59,622 bases of DNA, from the NCBI RefSeq assembly GCF_006345805.1, contig NW_021832988.1, positions 1 to 59,622 on the forward strand, read 5' to 3'. Below, piece by piece: positions 1 through 12,355 of this stretch. The first letter of the stretch is position 1, and each line of letters starts with the position of its first letter. Under the pieces are notes generated by a model, which had not been told where the DNA came from, did no database searches, and was given only the letters and a program-made list of their open reading frames with translations. Source of the stretch: Octopus sinensis. Lineage: Eukaryota. The translations under genes and the position numbers were made by a program.

Positions 1-930
1 TTGAAGCACTCCATTATTGTCAAGAGCTTTGACGAATTGCTTGATCAATCAGAGTTTGATGTTCAAAAGCAAGAAAATGATCTGATCTCGCTCGACTAAA
101 GATTTTTCCAATATATTGGCAGCTCTGCATGGAGCCATATTTGTTCAATGTGGCCAGTCTTTCATAACATAGTGATTTACTCAGTCTCTACAGTTCCACA
201 TGCAAAGAAAGCATAGGTATTTGGTATAACCAAATTGCTGTCTGATGTGAAAATTCACCATCTTTAACTCAACACAGATGACCCATTTATGGTCATGATA
301 CAGTATCTTCTCTAAAACCAACTTAATTTCTTCCTATTTTTCCTTCAGAGCTGTTGAGTGGCCGAGTGGGACAGAGCCATACATATTTCTGTAGTGCAAC
401 AAAACACATTTTAAACTATGCTTAGAGCTGTCTATGAAAAGACGCCATTCCTCTGGTTTGTATTCCTCAATGCCAAGTTTATTAAGAAGTCCACTGACAT
501 CTCTGCGGTAAACCAGCTCTTCCACTTTTGGGAAAAAAGAAAGAAGCTCTTTATGCCAACTCTAATAAAAGGTTATATGGACACCGTTCTCTAGAAGATT
601 CTTCTCTTTCAGTTGGGAAGCCAATAGTTCTGCAGAATTTTTGGGGTGGTTCAAGTCACGAACTAAATCATTCAGCCCTACCTGCAGGAACAGCGGAAGT
701 AAAGTCTTAGCTGAAAAGTCTTGATCTCTAGTGTCATCTTCAGGTGATGAACCATCTTTGGTTGAGAGTGAAGTTATCTGAGCCAAGACATTGAAGACAG
801 GAACAGGAAGCACTTCACTGTGCAGAACTGGTCTAATAGCAGAGGCAAGACTAGGATACACAAGCGTTTCTTGATTTTTCCAGTTAAAACCCTTCAAATT
901 TAGGTTACAATAATAGCAGACGTTCACATA
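1..930 (-). mobile_element. Chapaev3-like (CMC superfamily) transposase pseudogene, running off the window start
   Basis: Minus-strand translation across stops gives EPYNYVNVCYYC..KGFNWKN..YPSLASAIRPVLH, EWRLFIDSSKHSLKCVLLH, KWVICVELKMVNF..QQFGYTKYLCFLCMW and IKQFVKALD. I recognise these motifs from Chapaev3 transposases. Confidence 0.75.
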
Positions 931-3263
931 ATTATAGGGCTCAATAATGTAAAAACTAAATCTGATAGGTCAAAATGTTTATATCTGGATTCAGGAGATT
1001 GATTTTGCATAGGAATGATGTCTATTTCCTAAACACCAAAAACCTTGTAAACCAGTGTAATAGAATTAGAACTATAAACCTGTCAATGTTGAAGCACCTC
1101 ACCAACACAGCAAAACACACAAAGTTCAAGCAAACTGGAAAATGTAGTCTATATAGGTGCAAAACATACTTTCTGTTGCATAGTTATGGTATGAGAATTT
1201 TTTTAGTAAATATTTTGGAAAGAAATATTCCAGCATCAGAAAGTCATCAATTCAGAAAAATTACAGTTAATGTTTAGTTTGAAGTAAACAATGACCAGAT
1301 GGTTAATGTTTCCTTTAACACCTGACCATCAAAACAAAAACAAAACAAAGATAACAAGAGTATGTAACAAAATGTGCAGCAAACGAATCTGAAAACAAAA
1401 ATTTGCACCAATGGACCAGGGGGTGGGGAGAGGGCTTTTGGAAAATTCACACATTCCAGTTTTTCCTCACATAACTTTTAGGGAAATGGATATCTTTCAA
1501 TGAAATTTTATATAAATAATTTTCAAATGAAATAGATTACAATTATAAAGAAATTTGTGCTGAAAATTTTTTCCCAGGGGGTGGGGAGAGGATTTTCAAA
1601 AACAAAGAAATTCATAAATTATTTGTTTACTTGAGTGTAATGGAAACAAATTTGAGAAAATATTTTTAGATTCATTCATTTTTCATTTCAGTAATAGAAA
1701 CGGATTTTTTAAAAAGATCCGAACAGTGGATATGTGCCAAAAACAATAGCTAAACCGCACTTAACTGGGGTTTTTTTTTTTTCAAAGTGGAACCATATTC
1801 AATACTATATTTATGAATTTGTTGCTCTCATCATGATACATGGGATCTTTTTTAAAACCTTTTTCTATTACTGAAATGAAAAATAAATGAATCTTCCAAA
1901 ATTACCATACATCACCAATGTAACAAAGTACAGAAAGTTATTTGGAACATGTCCTAAATGTTATAAAATTCAGGACTGAATGTGACAGTGAAGAAAGTCA
2001 AGCTCCAAGGAACTTCAGAAGGCAAAATTCAATTTTTCATACAAAAATAATTTATCATTTTACCATTTTTAGATGAACACCGAACAAAGTGTATACAAAG
2101 GAATATGGTGCTGTTAAAACATTTGCAGAAGTATGTAAGCAGCATAAATTAATTTGACATCACTTACTACATATTTTAACTGTGTAAGGTTACAAGCTGT
2201 AGAATAAATACTGACTAACAGAGTAGAAAAGTTGCATGGCGTTGAATACGCACACTGATAAAGCAACATAGCAGAAATACAATAAGAACTCTCGGACTGT
2301 TAAACAAGCATTACCTTCAAACTGGTTGTAAGGAATAACATTTCTATAATTATATTGAAGAAGTCACTAAGGCTTTCTACTTCTCTGAGTTTCTGCATTC
2401 ATTATAATAACCAGAATAACATTTTTTTTCAGATATATCTGCAAGTGTTGTGAGAGCTGTCAAATCAGCCAACACTTCATGTTGGTTATAAAGACCAGAA
2501 TATTGTTTCAGCACATTAGTGATAATTGTAAATACTGTTTAAACCGCAACACTCCATAATGAAAAGGAAAATCCAAACAGTGGTACTTCAAGGTAAACAC
2601 TATTGTTCATTCAACATCCGGCGGCAATGAAAATAAACTCTTTCAAAATCAGTGCGTTTCCTCAAAAATATCACACATCCACTCGCACACATAGACTCTG
2701 ACATACAGTGACATACATAAATTAAGACATGAGTGTATGTGTGTGTAAGTCGTCTCAAACACATATACTTGTTAGTCATCAGCTTAACATATGTAAGGAA
2801 CATGCAAACACACACACACTGGCAGACACATACTCATATAGAAAATGTGACATCGTCATCATCGTTGTCATGGTATAAAATGTCCTTTACAATAGTTGAC
2901 TTATAAAAAGATTATGATGTCAAATTTTTGTAATGTAAACATGTAAATGAAAATAAAGTTTAGTTGGTAGCCAAAAGATTACTGAATTTTTTGATACCCC
3001 ATATGTCAACCCTGGCAACTCAGTTTTCGAATGCATAAGGAACACACACACACACACATGCACACATACAAACTCTCTTTATATATATATATAGATATTA
3101 TTCTGTAATATGCATTTACAAGGTAAAGACTCAGTTTTCTTTTTGGTTTAGATAGAAATTACATTTGTAACAAGTTCACTCAATCAATCAAACAAAGATG
3201 GTAAAATATTCCATTTACTTTCCCTCTTTCCAATGTTTAGAAACTGAAGGAATGGTCAAATAC

Positions 3264-3382
3264 TTGAATCAATTTCACTGATAAAACATCATCTCTAATA
3301 TTTCTGATTTCCTGCCTGATAACCATCATTCCTGACAAATTTCTTCCTTTCCTGATAAATGTGAGAAACCAAAAGGCAAAAT
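3264..3382 (-). CDS. Candidate downstream coding exon of the RRM/PARP14-like gene
   Basis: Strong acceptor (atcttttatttcttcccag) in phase 1, matching the preceding exon. Reads DFAFWFLTFIRKGRNLSGMMVIRQEIRNIRDDVLSVKLIQ. The donor (CAA|gtattt) is weak and homology is only suggestive. Confidence 0.35.
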
Positions 3383-3408
3383 CTGGGAAGAAATAAAAGA
3401 TATAAACA

Positions 3409-3795
3409 GGTGCAGACAAGGCTGTGTGGTAAGAAGTCTGCTTCCCAAACACATGGTTCTGGGTTCAGTCCCACTGTGTGGCATCTTGGGTGAGAATCTT
3501 CTACTGTAGCCTCAGTTCAACCTAGGTAGTGTGAATGGATTTGGTAGACGGAAACTGAAAGAAGCCCAGTATGTGTGTGTGTTGTCTTTGTGTCTGTTAT
3601 CCGCCACTGCTTGATGACTAGTATCAGTGTGTTTATGTTCCTGTAACTTAGCAGATCAGCAAAATGAGTGATAAAATAAGTTACCAGGCTTACAAAAGTG
3701 AGAAGCATTGGGGTCGATTCTTTTGACAAAAAAAGATCTTCAAGGTGGTGCCCCAGCATGGCCTGAGTCATTAGACTAAAAGAATTAAAACATAA
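3409..3795 (+). mobile_element. tRNA-derived SINE
   Basis: A-box-like GGCTGTGTGGT, B-box-like GGTTCAGTCCC, central (GT)n and A-rich tail. Same family head as the 4330-4500 fragment. Confidence 0.75.
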
Positions 3796-3871
3796 AAAAT
3801 ATATGAATCCTATTAACAAAACAAAATCCAAGAAATCTTTTTCAGAACAAATCAAACTTGAAGAAACTTAC

Positions 3872-4108
3872 CAATTTCACTTTGGCAATACACAAGAAAA
3901 GTTCCAGGATTTCTTCCAAGGAAGACATGTACAATTTCTAATTTCCCGTTCTCTTCCAAAAAATCAATTAACATTTCTTTAGACATGTCTTTGGGGCCAT
4001 TTGACACAATCATTGCATCTTCTTGCCAAACTAGATTTTTATACCAGTCCACTTGAAGTTTATGTTTGTTTACATAATGAACCTTCTTTTTGACGACATT
4101 TTCTGCAT
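3872..4108 (-). CDS. Coding exon of an RRM-containing PARP14/PARP10-like gene (end of RRM1 plus RRM2-like domain)
   Basis: Acceptor ttttgattttcag|AT, donor ATTG|gtaag, 237 bp, phase 1-1 and open: (D)AENVVKKKVHYVNKHKLQVDWYKNLVWQEDAMIVSNGPKDMSKEMLIDFLEENGKLEIVHVFLGRNPGTFLVYCQSEI. Joins in frame to exon 12356-12553. Confidence 0.8.
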
Positions 4109-4329
4109 CTGAAAATCAAAAGAGCAGAAGAAATTGAGAAAATGTCATTATTTATGAGTGGAGGGCATGGTTGTGTTGGTGTAGAACCAGGTCAAAGACA
4201 TTCCGACCATAAACACCCCCAAGTGTCCTTCCTTGTTTAAGATGTTAGGTGTTACACGAAGAAGATTTAACTGCCTTTTCTAGCAGATCAAGTCGTCACT
4301 TAGAGGCCTCATTGTTTGCTCTATAACCA

Positions 4330-4500
4330 AGAGGATTGTGAGGTTCCCTGTACAATTAATTGGTTCTAGTTCAATCCCACTGTCCAACAGCACCTTGAGC
4401 AAGTATCTTCTACCGCAGCCTCAAGATGACCAGAGCCTTGCGACTGATATTTGGAAGAGAGAAACAGTGGACATCACAGGATTTGTGTGTGTGTGAGGTA
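4330..4500 (+). mobile_element. Degenerate SINE fragment
   Basis: gttcaatcccactg..caccttgagcaagtatcttctac..gcctc aligns with the head of the SINE at 3409. Confidence 0.55.
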
Positions 4501-4689
4501 TCGCCAAAAGGCAATACTTGGAGGAGGCAGTACTCAATAAAAAGCTTTATAACTAGCAGACCGTTATGTAAATAGAGAAAGATTCTTCGGATTTGAGGTG
4601 ACCTGTTGTCATTAAACATCAAGGAAACATCCCTGCTGATTAATATAGAATGCAATAATTATGATGATGATGATGTTGATAATGATGAC

Positions 4690-5760
4690 GATGATGATTT
4701 CTTTTATTTGCCACAGGGGCGTAAGTGAGGAGCATTACTCGGACATTTTACAATCTGTGTGTATGGGGGGAGGGGTCACATAAAGGATGAAGGGAAAGAA
4801 AGCACCAATCATGACCCCACAGATCCAGGATCACCCTGACCATGAAGGGCACGAGTCCTCACCCCGGTGTTGTTCTCCACTCACCAGGTGCATGCCTAAG
4901 GAGCTTCATTCACCCTATCATTCTTACCAGTCAGCCACCTTCCCTCTCCACCCTCACTTTCTTTTCCAAATGGAACTTTAAAAAAAAAAGGGATGTGGGT
5001 TTAACTGAAGTGGAAGGTGTCTTTCTTTCTTAATTTTTTTGGCCTCATCCACAACACAACCCCTTTCTCTCGGGAGAGAAACATCATCTGCCCTGCTTTC
5101 TTAAAGGTCAGTGATGGGGTAATCCTCAAAACAGACTCAACTCATAGCCAGATCCTTCCTATATGTGCCAGCAGCTGTTCAACATGACTCTGCAGATCAG
5201 AAATGCTTGGACACTGTACGAGGGCATCTCAGCCAGTCCCATCCATAGAGTTTATGCCAGCGCTGCTCCTCGGTAGCCAGACCAAGAATTTCTGGAAACT
5301 ACCTGTGTTAATTCCTGGCCTGAACGTCCTCCAAAGCAGACCAGATGCTTCATACTGGTCAACGCCTAATGTTTTCCTGAGAATGTCATTGCTCTTTCCT
5401 GCCAATAGATTTCTATATATTGCTAACATAGAACTTCCATGACCACAATACTTGATTGCCAGTGAATGCCAGATGACATTCCAGATGCCATGACTCTAAT
5501 CCTGGTCTTTTTTTTCTTGATCCCGGACTACAGCTTCCACCCATCCCCCCACTTTTTCATGCTAGCATAAGTTAGACGGAGACTTTAATTTACAAAGGAT
5601 TTCACAGAACAATATTCGGAAGAGGGATCATGTGTTTCTCTATCCATATTTCATGCCTCCATTTCCTGTATCCTAGTTTGGTAGACTCACTTCTTCCATA
5701 ACATTCCATTATGGCCCTTTTATCATTCTGAGATCATCTTCTTCTCAACTTTGCAGAGGT
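4690..5760 (-). mobile_element. L1/Tx1-clade LINE, 3' fragment
   Basis: Decayed zf-RVT-like C-terminus (ALVQCPSISDLQSHVEQLL..RIWL..VESV), then a 3' UTR ending AATAAAAGAA followed by an (ATC)n tail. The 5' boundary is approximate. Confidence 0.55.
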
Positions 5761-6514
5761 ATTCGAATAAACGACAAGGTCCACCTGGATGTACAGTAGG
5801 TTGCAAAAAGGCTTTTACTTGGGGATTCAGTGTTGTGATGATAATTTTTGTTTGGCATTTCACTCATAAAGAGGACTGTGGTGTTACAACCAAAAGCAAC
5901 CATCTCTAAGGCAAAAGAGACCTACTTCCCGTTGTCGTAGACATAACCCAATAAAGGGGTCCTCTCTATCTTCTCTGGTCTCGGCAGGTACACATTATCA
6001 TTACTGCTACTATCATGGATCAGTAGCACAGTGTACAACGATATGACAATAACAAGGCTGTCTTCAGCAGTAATAATAATAATAAAAATAATAAAGAAAT
6101 ACTGTCTGGATGGTCATTGATTCAAACTGAGACCCTCCACCTTTTGCCCGGTTTTTGTCCTGCAGGGTGATCAAATACAAAGAAAAACATTCATCTCACA
6201 AAGTATCCACTGTGACGTTGCTGGGTTTGTCCCTGATGGCCTGTCTTTCATGGATATTGACCAATTTCTGGCCTACTACCATGGCTGCACTGGTGGTGGT
6301 GGTGGAGACACAAATGAACAATGCTGAGAGCAATGAGGGGAAGAACAAAAAAAATATGTTTAAGGAAAAAAGTACGGGGTTCATAAGGTGACCTGAGTAC
6401 TGCTGACACTGATGAAGTGAGGGGACTGGATGATTATATTGGGGTCAGGGACAAGCGGTGAACTCTGACACATCCACCATACAGAGGGTGTGCCAAGAAA
6501 TTGCAATATTGTTA

Positions 6515-6515
6515 T

Positions 6516-6580
<65 letters not shown>

Positions 6581-6582
6581 TA
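6515..6582. repeat. (ATT)n microsatellite
   Basis: Direct inspection. Confidence 0.95.
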
Positions 6583-6584
6583 AG

Positions 6585-9200
6585 ACAAGACGAAGAGCAC
6601 GATGCGATAGTAATGGATGTTTTATTGGTTGAATGATATGTCGACAGTAAGTCTATACTTGTTGAGTTTGAAATATTAAATTTGAAGTATGAACGAGAGC
6701 AACCAGCATCCACACGTTGATGGAATGACATCATCAATCTTTAAGTTTCAATTTTATAACAGGCAAAAAGAAAGAGGTAAGAAAAAAAAGGAAAGGAAAA
6801 AGAAGAATATTTAATCAACAGTTTTGTATAAATTTGATGATATTCTCCTGTCATCTTATTCATTCCTGCAGGGCATGATGTTAATAACCCACAAACATAT
6901 TTCTCCTCATGCAGGAATTTCAACCGTGTTTCATGGTCTGCTACCACAACAACTCCTTTACAGAATCATCCAGTTAGCTCAAGACATCATCAGGAAGAAC
7001 CACATCCAGTTTCCGCCCCTACTCCTCTACTGTTTTGACGTGGTGCCCTCCCCCTTTTGGAGATGTCTTCAGCTCTGGTGCTGAGTGCATGTCTTCTTTC
7101 TCCTTCTTTCCTTCTGCTCCCTACCCTCTTCGATGTAGTGTCAACGAGTATCAGCAGGCGACTGCCTGTCTTGTCAAATTTCCCTTTAAATACCTGCTGC
7201 TAGGCTCCAGCAAGTTGTCACGTGACGCTGTCTTAACTTTAACTGACCAATGAAGGGCGCGTAGTCTTGGCCCATGCATTCTTTAAACGAGACCGTCACC
7301 TGTCAATCAGCGAAGCTAATTCAGTGTCAGCCTGTCTCACCAAGTGATGTTATTTTCCTGCCGGTATGTTATGATTTTCAAGCCATTTTTGGTTTTCCCG
7401 CTTCAGCCATATATAGAAGCTGGCTTTTTCGACTGCCTCCTGTATTCTCCTTATTAGCTTTCTCAATTCCAAGCTAGAAAATGCAAATCTTCTTTTGAAT
7501 AGCATTGTCATTTTCCTTTCAATGAAGCCCCTAGCCCCCACTGCCAGGCAGTAATACTTGACAGTCCATCCCTGTTCTCTGCATTCTTCGATTAGCTTTT
7601 CGTACCTCCTCTCCTTTCATTTCTCTGCATTGCCGATGTTCTCTTCCCATGACACTGTCAGTTCTGGCAAAATTCCTATTCTCCATTCTCTGTTCCATAG
7701 AACTAAATCTGATCTTTTTGTCATTTTTATGAGTGGAAATATTACTAGTCTCCCTAAACCCGTGGCCACCTCCCAGTATCCCTTCCATTTTTCATCTATC
7801 TTGTATACTTTACTTGTAGGCCTGGTTTTATATCCTTTTCCCTCATTCTGGAAGTATACATTCCTGCACTTTTCCACTTTTGGGTACTCTCCCCTATTGT
7901 ATCCCTCGATCTTCTCCTTGAGTGCTGCACTTATGACGCCGAGGACTTGATTATGACGCCATGTATACTTTTCTAGTGCTAGTCTGCAGTTTGACAGAAC
8001 ATGTCTAAACATCGCTTTCTCTCCACATCTACACTCATCGGTTGTTTTTACGTTCCACTGGACTAAGTTTGCCGATGAGGGTAGAACATCGAAGGTAGAC
8101 TTGATCAGGAAGGATGTTCTTGCTTGTTCGACCAAGCCCAAAGTTCCTGCAATGAGATTCTGCGACTGATCACATATTCCTCCCATCTCAGGCACTGTCC
8201 CTGTTGACTGCATTGCACCAAATGTACATTTTGCCTTTCTTCTTCCTCCTTTATCACTTCAGCCTCTTTCATCTCTTTTATACTGAGAAGTGAAAGTGAA
8301 GCAGATTCAGAATATTTTTCAAAAGCTAAATGTTTGGCAAGTTCTGTCCAACTACTCTTATTGTGCCCGATGTCATATCTGTGCCCATTAAGTCTTTCGT
8401 TTAATTATTCTGTTGTACAACCAACATAAATCAAGTTGTGTTTCGTGCATTCTGCCACGTACGCCAAATGGGAATCTCCACATGTCCCACCGTCTGTAAA
8501 AATCATAACATTTCTGATATGATTCCTGACAGAATTCACTTGACCCATATTGTTGCACAATGAACAGGGATTACCTCTCTTGTGGCTGTTTTTCAAGGTA
8601 CAGCATGCACATATTCCAATGTACATTTTCTTGGAGTCAGAAGTAGTGGTCAATAATTCTCATATATTCTTATTCCGTCTAAAGGTTACAATAGGAGGCT
8701 GAGGATGTATCTGTTTGAAACGAAGACATTTGTTCACCACACACTGGTGACTTCTATGCATCACTTTTGAAAGGCCAGCAAAATTTCAGTACCGGTTAAT
8801 CACTAAAGGAATTCAATTGTAATGTGTTTGTTAAAATTATGCATGAAGGTTTGACTATCTTTCCTAAGCTTAGCTATTTCATTTGCTATTTCCTTTAATC
8901 GTGATTCACTATAACCGCAGTTGACATAACGATGCACAAAAGCATTTGTATGTTTCCAGTAATCCCCTATGTCAGTACAAATGCTTAAAGACCGATGATG
9001 TCATTCCATCAATGTGTGGATGCTGGTTGTTCTCGTTCATACTTTAAACTTAAATTTCCATAATTCTGAATTTTTATCACTTCTTATTTTGAACTTGACA
9101 AAGACAGGATTACTGTATTGAAAGTGTTCTGCGTAGGATGTGTGCAGTGCCTAGTTGTGCTATTTCCTCTACGTTATATATACTTGTAAGCCCAGGTGTT
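6585..9200 (-). mobile_element. 5'-truncated Penelope-like element with inverted pLTR, interrupted by a HERO element
   Basis: QPPIVTFRRNKN, C..C motif, YVAECTKHNLIYVGCTT..LNERLNGHRYDI (GIY-YIG, 8330-8700). It resumes at 6950-6800 with ETRL..EEKYVCGLLTSCPAGMN. Positions 6676-6735 are an inverted copy of 8994-9055. Confidence 0.7.
6960..8290 (-). mobile_element. HERO-like (REL endonuclease) non-LTR retrotransposon, 3' fragment
   Basis: QQGQ.LRWE, FLIKSTFDVLPSSANL..W, C.CG..H..SNC, WRHNQVL, DLVLW..ELTVSWEEN, AVGARGF and EAVEKASFYIWLKR match the HERO-type C-terminus. Confidence 0.75.
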
Positions 9201-9329
9201 TTTGTTATGTACTTGTCTGAATTTTTTTTTTTATCATAGCTAATGCACCTACTATGATAGGAATTGTTTCTGTTTTTAGACCCCATATTCCAGGGCTTTG
9301 CATTTTGAAAGTTTCTCCCTTTCTGTTAG

Positions 9330-9945
9330 AGAAACATTGTCATCCACTGGTACTGATACAGCAATTAGAAAGCATTTTTTTTTCTTCATGATCTCTGACA
9401 ACTAAATTCAGCTTATTGGCTTTAATTTCTCTATCTGTGTGTATTGGCATATCCCAGAGTATGGTTGCTTTCTCGTTTTCTGTGACCTTTTCTGGTGTGT
9501 GCCTATACCATCTTTTTTCTGTTGTTATTCCATAGTGTTGGCAGAGCTTCCAGTATATGTAGGTCCCAACTCTCTTGTGTCTGTGAATATATTCCTTCTC
9601 AGCCAGGACTGGGCAGCCAGAGATAATATGATTTATTGTTTCTTGTCCATCTCCACATATTCTGCAGTTACTTGTTATGTTTCTTTTCATTACATGTTTT
9701 TGGTAATTTCTGGTGGGGAGGCTTTGGTCTTGTGCTGCAATTAAAAATCCCTCTGTTTCTGCTTTGAGTTCTGAGCTTCTCAACCATTGCTGGGATTTTT
9801 CTTTGTCTATTTCTTTTGCATTTAGTTTAGCCCAGTATTTGTCATGAAGGGGCTTTTCTTGCCATTGTTTTATCATGATCCGTTGCTGTTCTAGTTCTAG
9901 TTTGGATTTCAGTTGTTTCTTCTTCTTCTTTATAGTTGTCAGGTA
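9330..9945 (-). mobile_element. R4/Dong-clade LINE fragment (CCHC plus REL region)
   Basis: WQEKPLH..ETEGFLIAAQDQSLPTRNY..CRICG..ETINHIISGCPVLA..RH..ILWDMPIHTDREIKAN. Confidence 0.85.
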
Positions 9946-9949
9946 CTTT

Positions 9950-10700
9950 GACAGAGGCTCTAATTTGTGCTGCCCAAGAACAAACTACATAAAATATAGA
10001 ATAGACAACACAGCAGAAAGTGATAAGTGCAGAATCTGTGGACAAAACGGTGAAAACGTATGGCATATTATCAGCCAATGTACGCCACTAGCCCAGAAGG
10101 AATATAAGAGACACCACAACAATATAGCCAGGCTTGTCCACTGGACACCCTGCAACAAGTATGGACTTGACAGAGCGAAAAATCCGTATGATCACAAACC
10201 TGAAGCCATCATCAAAAATGATAATGCAAAGATCCTGTGGGATTTTATGATTCAGTGCAACTATGAGATTAGAGAATAGAAACCCAGTCATAGTGTTAAT
10301 TGAGACAGGAAGCAAACTATGCTGGATCATAGATATAGCATGCCCAGCTTACAATAAGGTATGCAATAAGGAAGAAAGAAAAGTCGTGAGATATGACAGG
10401 TTAGCTTGGGAGGTTAAGCAGTTGTGGTCGATGAAAAAGGTGGTAGCAATACCAATAATTGTTGGAGCCCTGAGAACAGTGAGTAAAAATTTTGAGAAGT
10501 GTATGAAACAAATAGGGGCTGCAATAAGTGTTGAGCACTTGCAGAAAACAGCACTGCTTGGAAATGCTCGAATACTGCAGAAGGTATTCGAAAAATAAGA
10601 GGTGTTACCTTAGTTCACTGGTAGCGAACAGCTGGCACTGTAGTACATCTCCCGCATTAGAAGCTGTGCAAAGGCAATAATAATAACAATAATAATAATA
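9950..10700 (+). mobile_element. R4/Dong-clade LINE 3' end (different subfamily) with (AAT)n tail
   Basis: RTNYIK..CRICGQ..WHIISQC..ILWDF..IIDIACP..IPIIVGAL..LQKTALLG, then a stop, short 3' UTR and AAT repeats. Confidence 0.85.
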
Positions 10701-10704
10701 TCTA

Positions 10705-11875
10705 CTGACTTAGATTCCTTAGAAGAGCAAAAGTGGAAGGGCATCAAGGTAGAAAATATAAGATCTGCTCTCAGGAATTCAAGCAAATGGAAGTCTCCAG
10801 GAAAGGATAAATTCTTAACTTCTGTTTGAATGCTTTCGCAGAGAGCCATGAACTGCTAACAAAACTTTACAACAATGTTTTGCAACAACCTAATATGATT
10901 CCCTCTTGGCTAGTTAATGGTGTAACATTCCTACTTCCAAAAAATGAAGAAGCAAATGAACCAAAAAGTTATAGACCCATAACCTGCTTAACAACAATGT
11001 ATAACATCTGTCCTGACGGAATATACCTATAGTTTTTTAATAGAAAGTGGCATATTCCCTAATGAGCAAAAAGGATGTAAACTTGAGTCCTATTGGTGTA
11101 AAGATCAACTACTCATCAATAAGATGATCTTAGAAGATTGTCACGAACGACACAAAACTTGTCAATAGCCTGGATAGACTATAAAAACACTTTTGATAGC
11201 CTACCACATAGCTGGATTAAGAAATGTCTGAAAATGTATAAAATAGCACCTACTCTGCAAAACTTTTTGTCTGCAAGTATGAGATCATGGAGAACCACAC
11301 TACCTTTGAACAGTGACAATAAATCTCTTAATGTTGGAGATGTCAGAATTTCATGTGTCATTTTCCAAGGTGACTCTCTATCACCACTCCTCTTTCGTCT
11401 GGCCTGACTCTCTTGAAATTGCTCAATGATGTACAGTACAGTTATAAAATGTTTGATAAAAATATAAATCATCTCTTTTACATGGATGATTTAAAGCTCT
11501 TTTCAAAAAATGACTACAAGGCTTACAAGCGATTGTTAAACGATTCCAGTGATGACATCAGAATGCAATTTGGCCTCCATAGATGTGCAAAAGCTACTTT
11601 TATCAAAGGAAAAATGACAGAAACATCCAACGTTAACCACGACCAGCAGAATGTCATAAAGGAGTTAGAACCAACGGTGAGCTGCAGATTCCTAGGGGCA
11701 TCAACATTCAATGATGAGGGAAAACATCAGAAAAGATGCCATCACAAGGTAAGGGCAATACTCAAGACAGAGTTGAATACAAGAAACAGGATTGAAGCAA
11801 TCAATGCTTTAGCCATACTAATCATGACTTACAGTTTCAATATCATTAACTGGTCAATTATTGAAATACGTAATA
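10705..11875 (+). mobile_element. R4/Dong-clade LINE, reverse transcriptase fragment
   Basis: YRPITCL, AWIDYKNTFDSLPHSWI, FQGDSLSPLLF and HLFYMDDLKLF, with frameshifts. Confidence 0.88.
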
Positions 11876-12039
11876 TGTGCTCTACAATTTCTCTATTGTA
11901 CCTCCTTGATTGTACTTTAGCCTTTCAACACCTAGCATAACCCCTACATAGCCCTTTCGGTTCCTCGCTCCATTTAGTAGGAGTGTTTTTCCTTTTTTTT
12001 TCTTTCTTGGACATTACTTAGCAACCTCACTCGCAATGA

Positions 12040-12215
12040 CGGCAGAAAAATTGCTCCCAGTCCACTCTGTAAAGTGGTTGGCATTAGGAAGGGCACCGAG
12101 CAATAGAAACCATGCCAAAGCTGACCCTAGAGGTCAATACTGCTCACCAGATCCTCTCAAACTATTCAATGCAAGCAAATATGGAAAATGAATGTTAAAT
12201 GACGATGATGATGAT
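12040..12215 (+). mobile_element. RTE-type LINE 3' UTR/tail fragment
   Basis: GGCATTAGGAAGGGC..GTTAAATGACGATGATG. The same tail is attached to RTE coding sequence at 27785-28745. Confidence 0.65.
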
Positions 12216-12355
12216 GGTTTTTAACATTGCTTTATATTAATCTAATGTGTTCACAGTAACTACATACAAATTGTCCAACCCATGCCAGCATGGACAACAG
12301 ACTTTTTGACGATGTCTGTAAATGATTTCATGAAATAAAGAATATTTCTTCTAAC

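Noticed and set aside
2315-2535. Possible minus-strand exon (AG at 2536, GAAG|GTAATG donor at 2314)
   Set aside because: The phase-compatible frame hits TAG and no recognisable domain is present.
2431-2592. Possible plus-strand exon (ttttcag..CAAG|GTAAAC)
   Set aside because: All three frames contain stops and no partner exons were found.
6170-6400. Plus-strand acceptor-like site and short ORFs
   Set aside because: No homology or donor support; probably decayed repeat.
9330-10700. Twin-priming inversion explaining the back-to-back R4 pieces
   Set aside because: The pieces overlap in domain content and come from different subfamilies.
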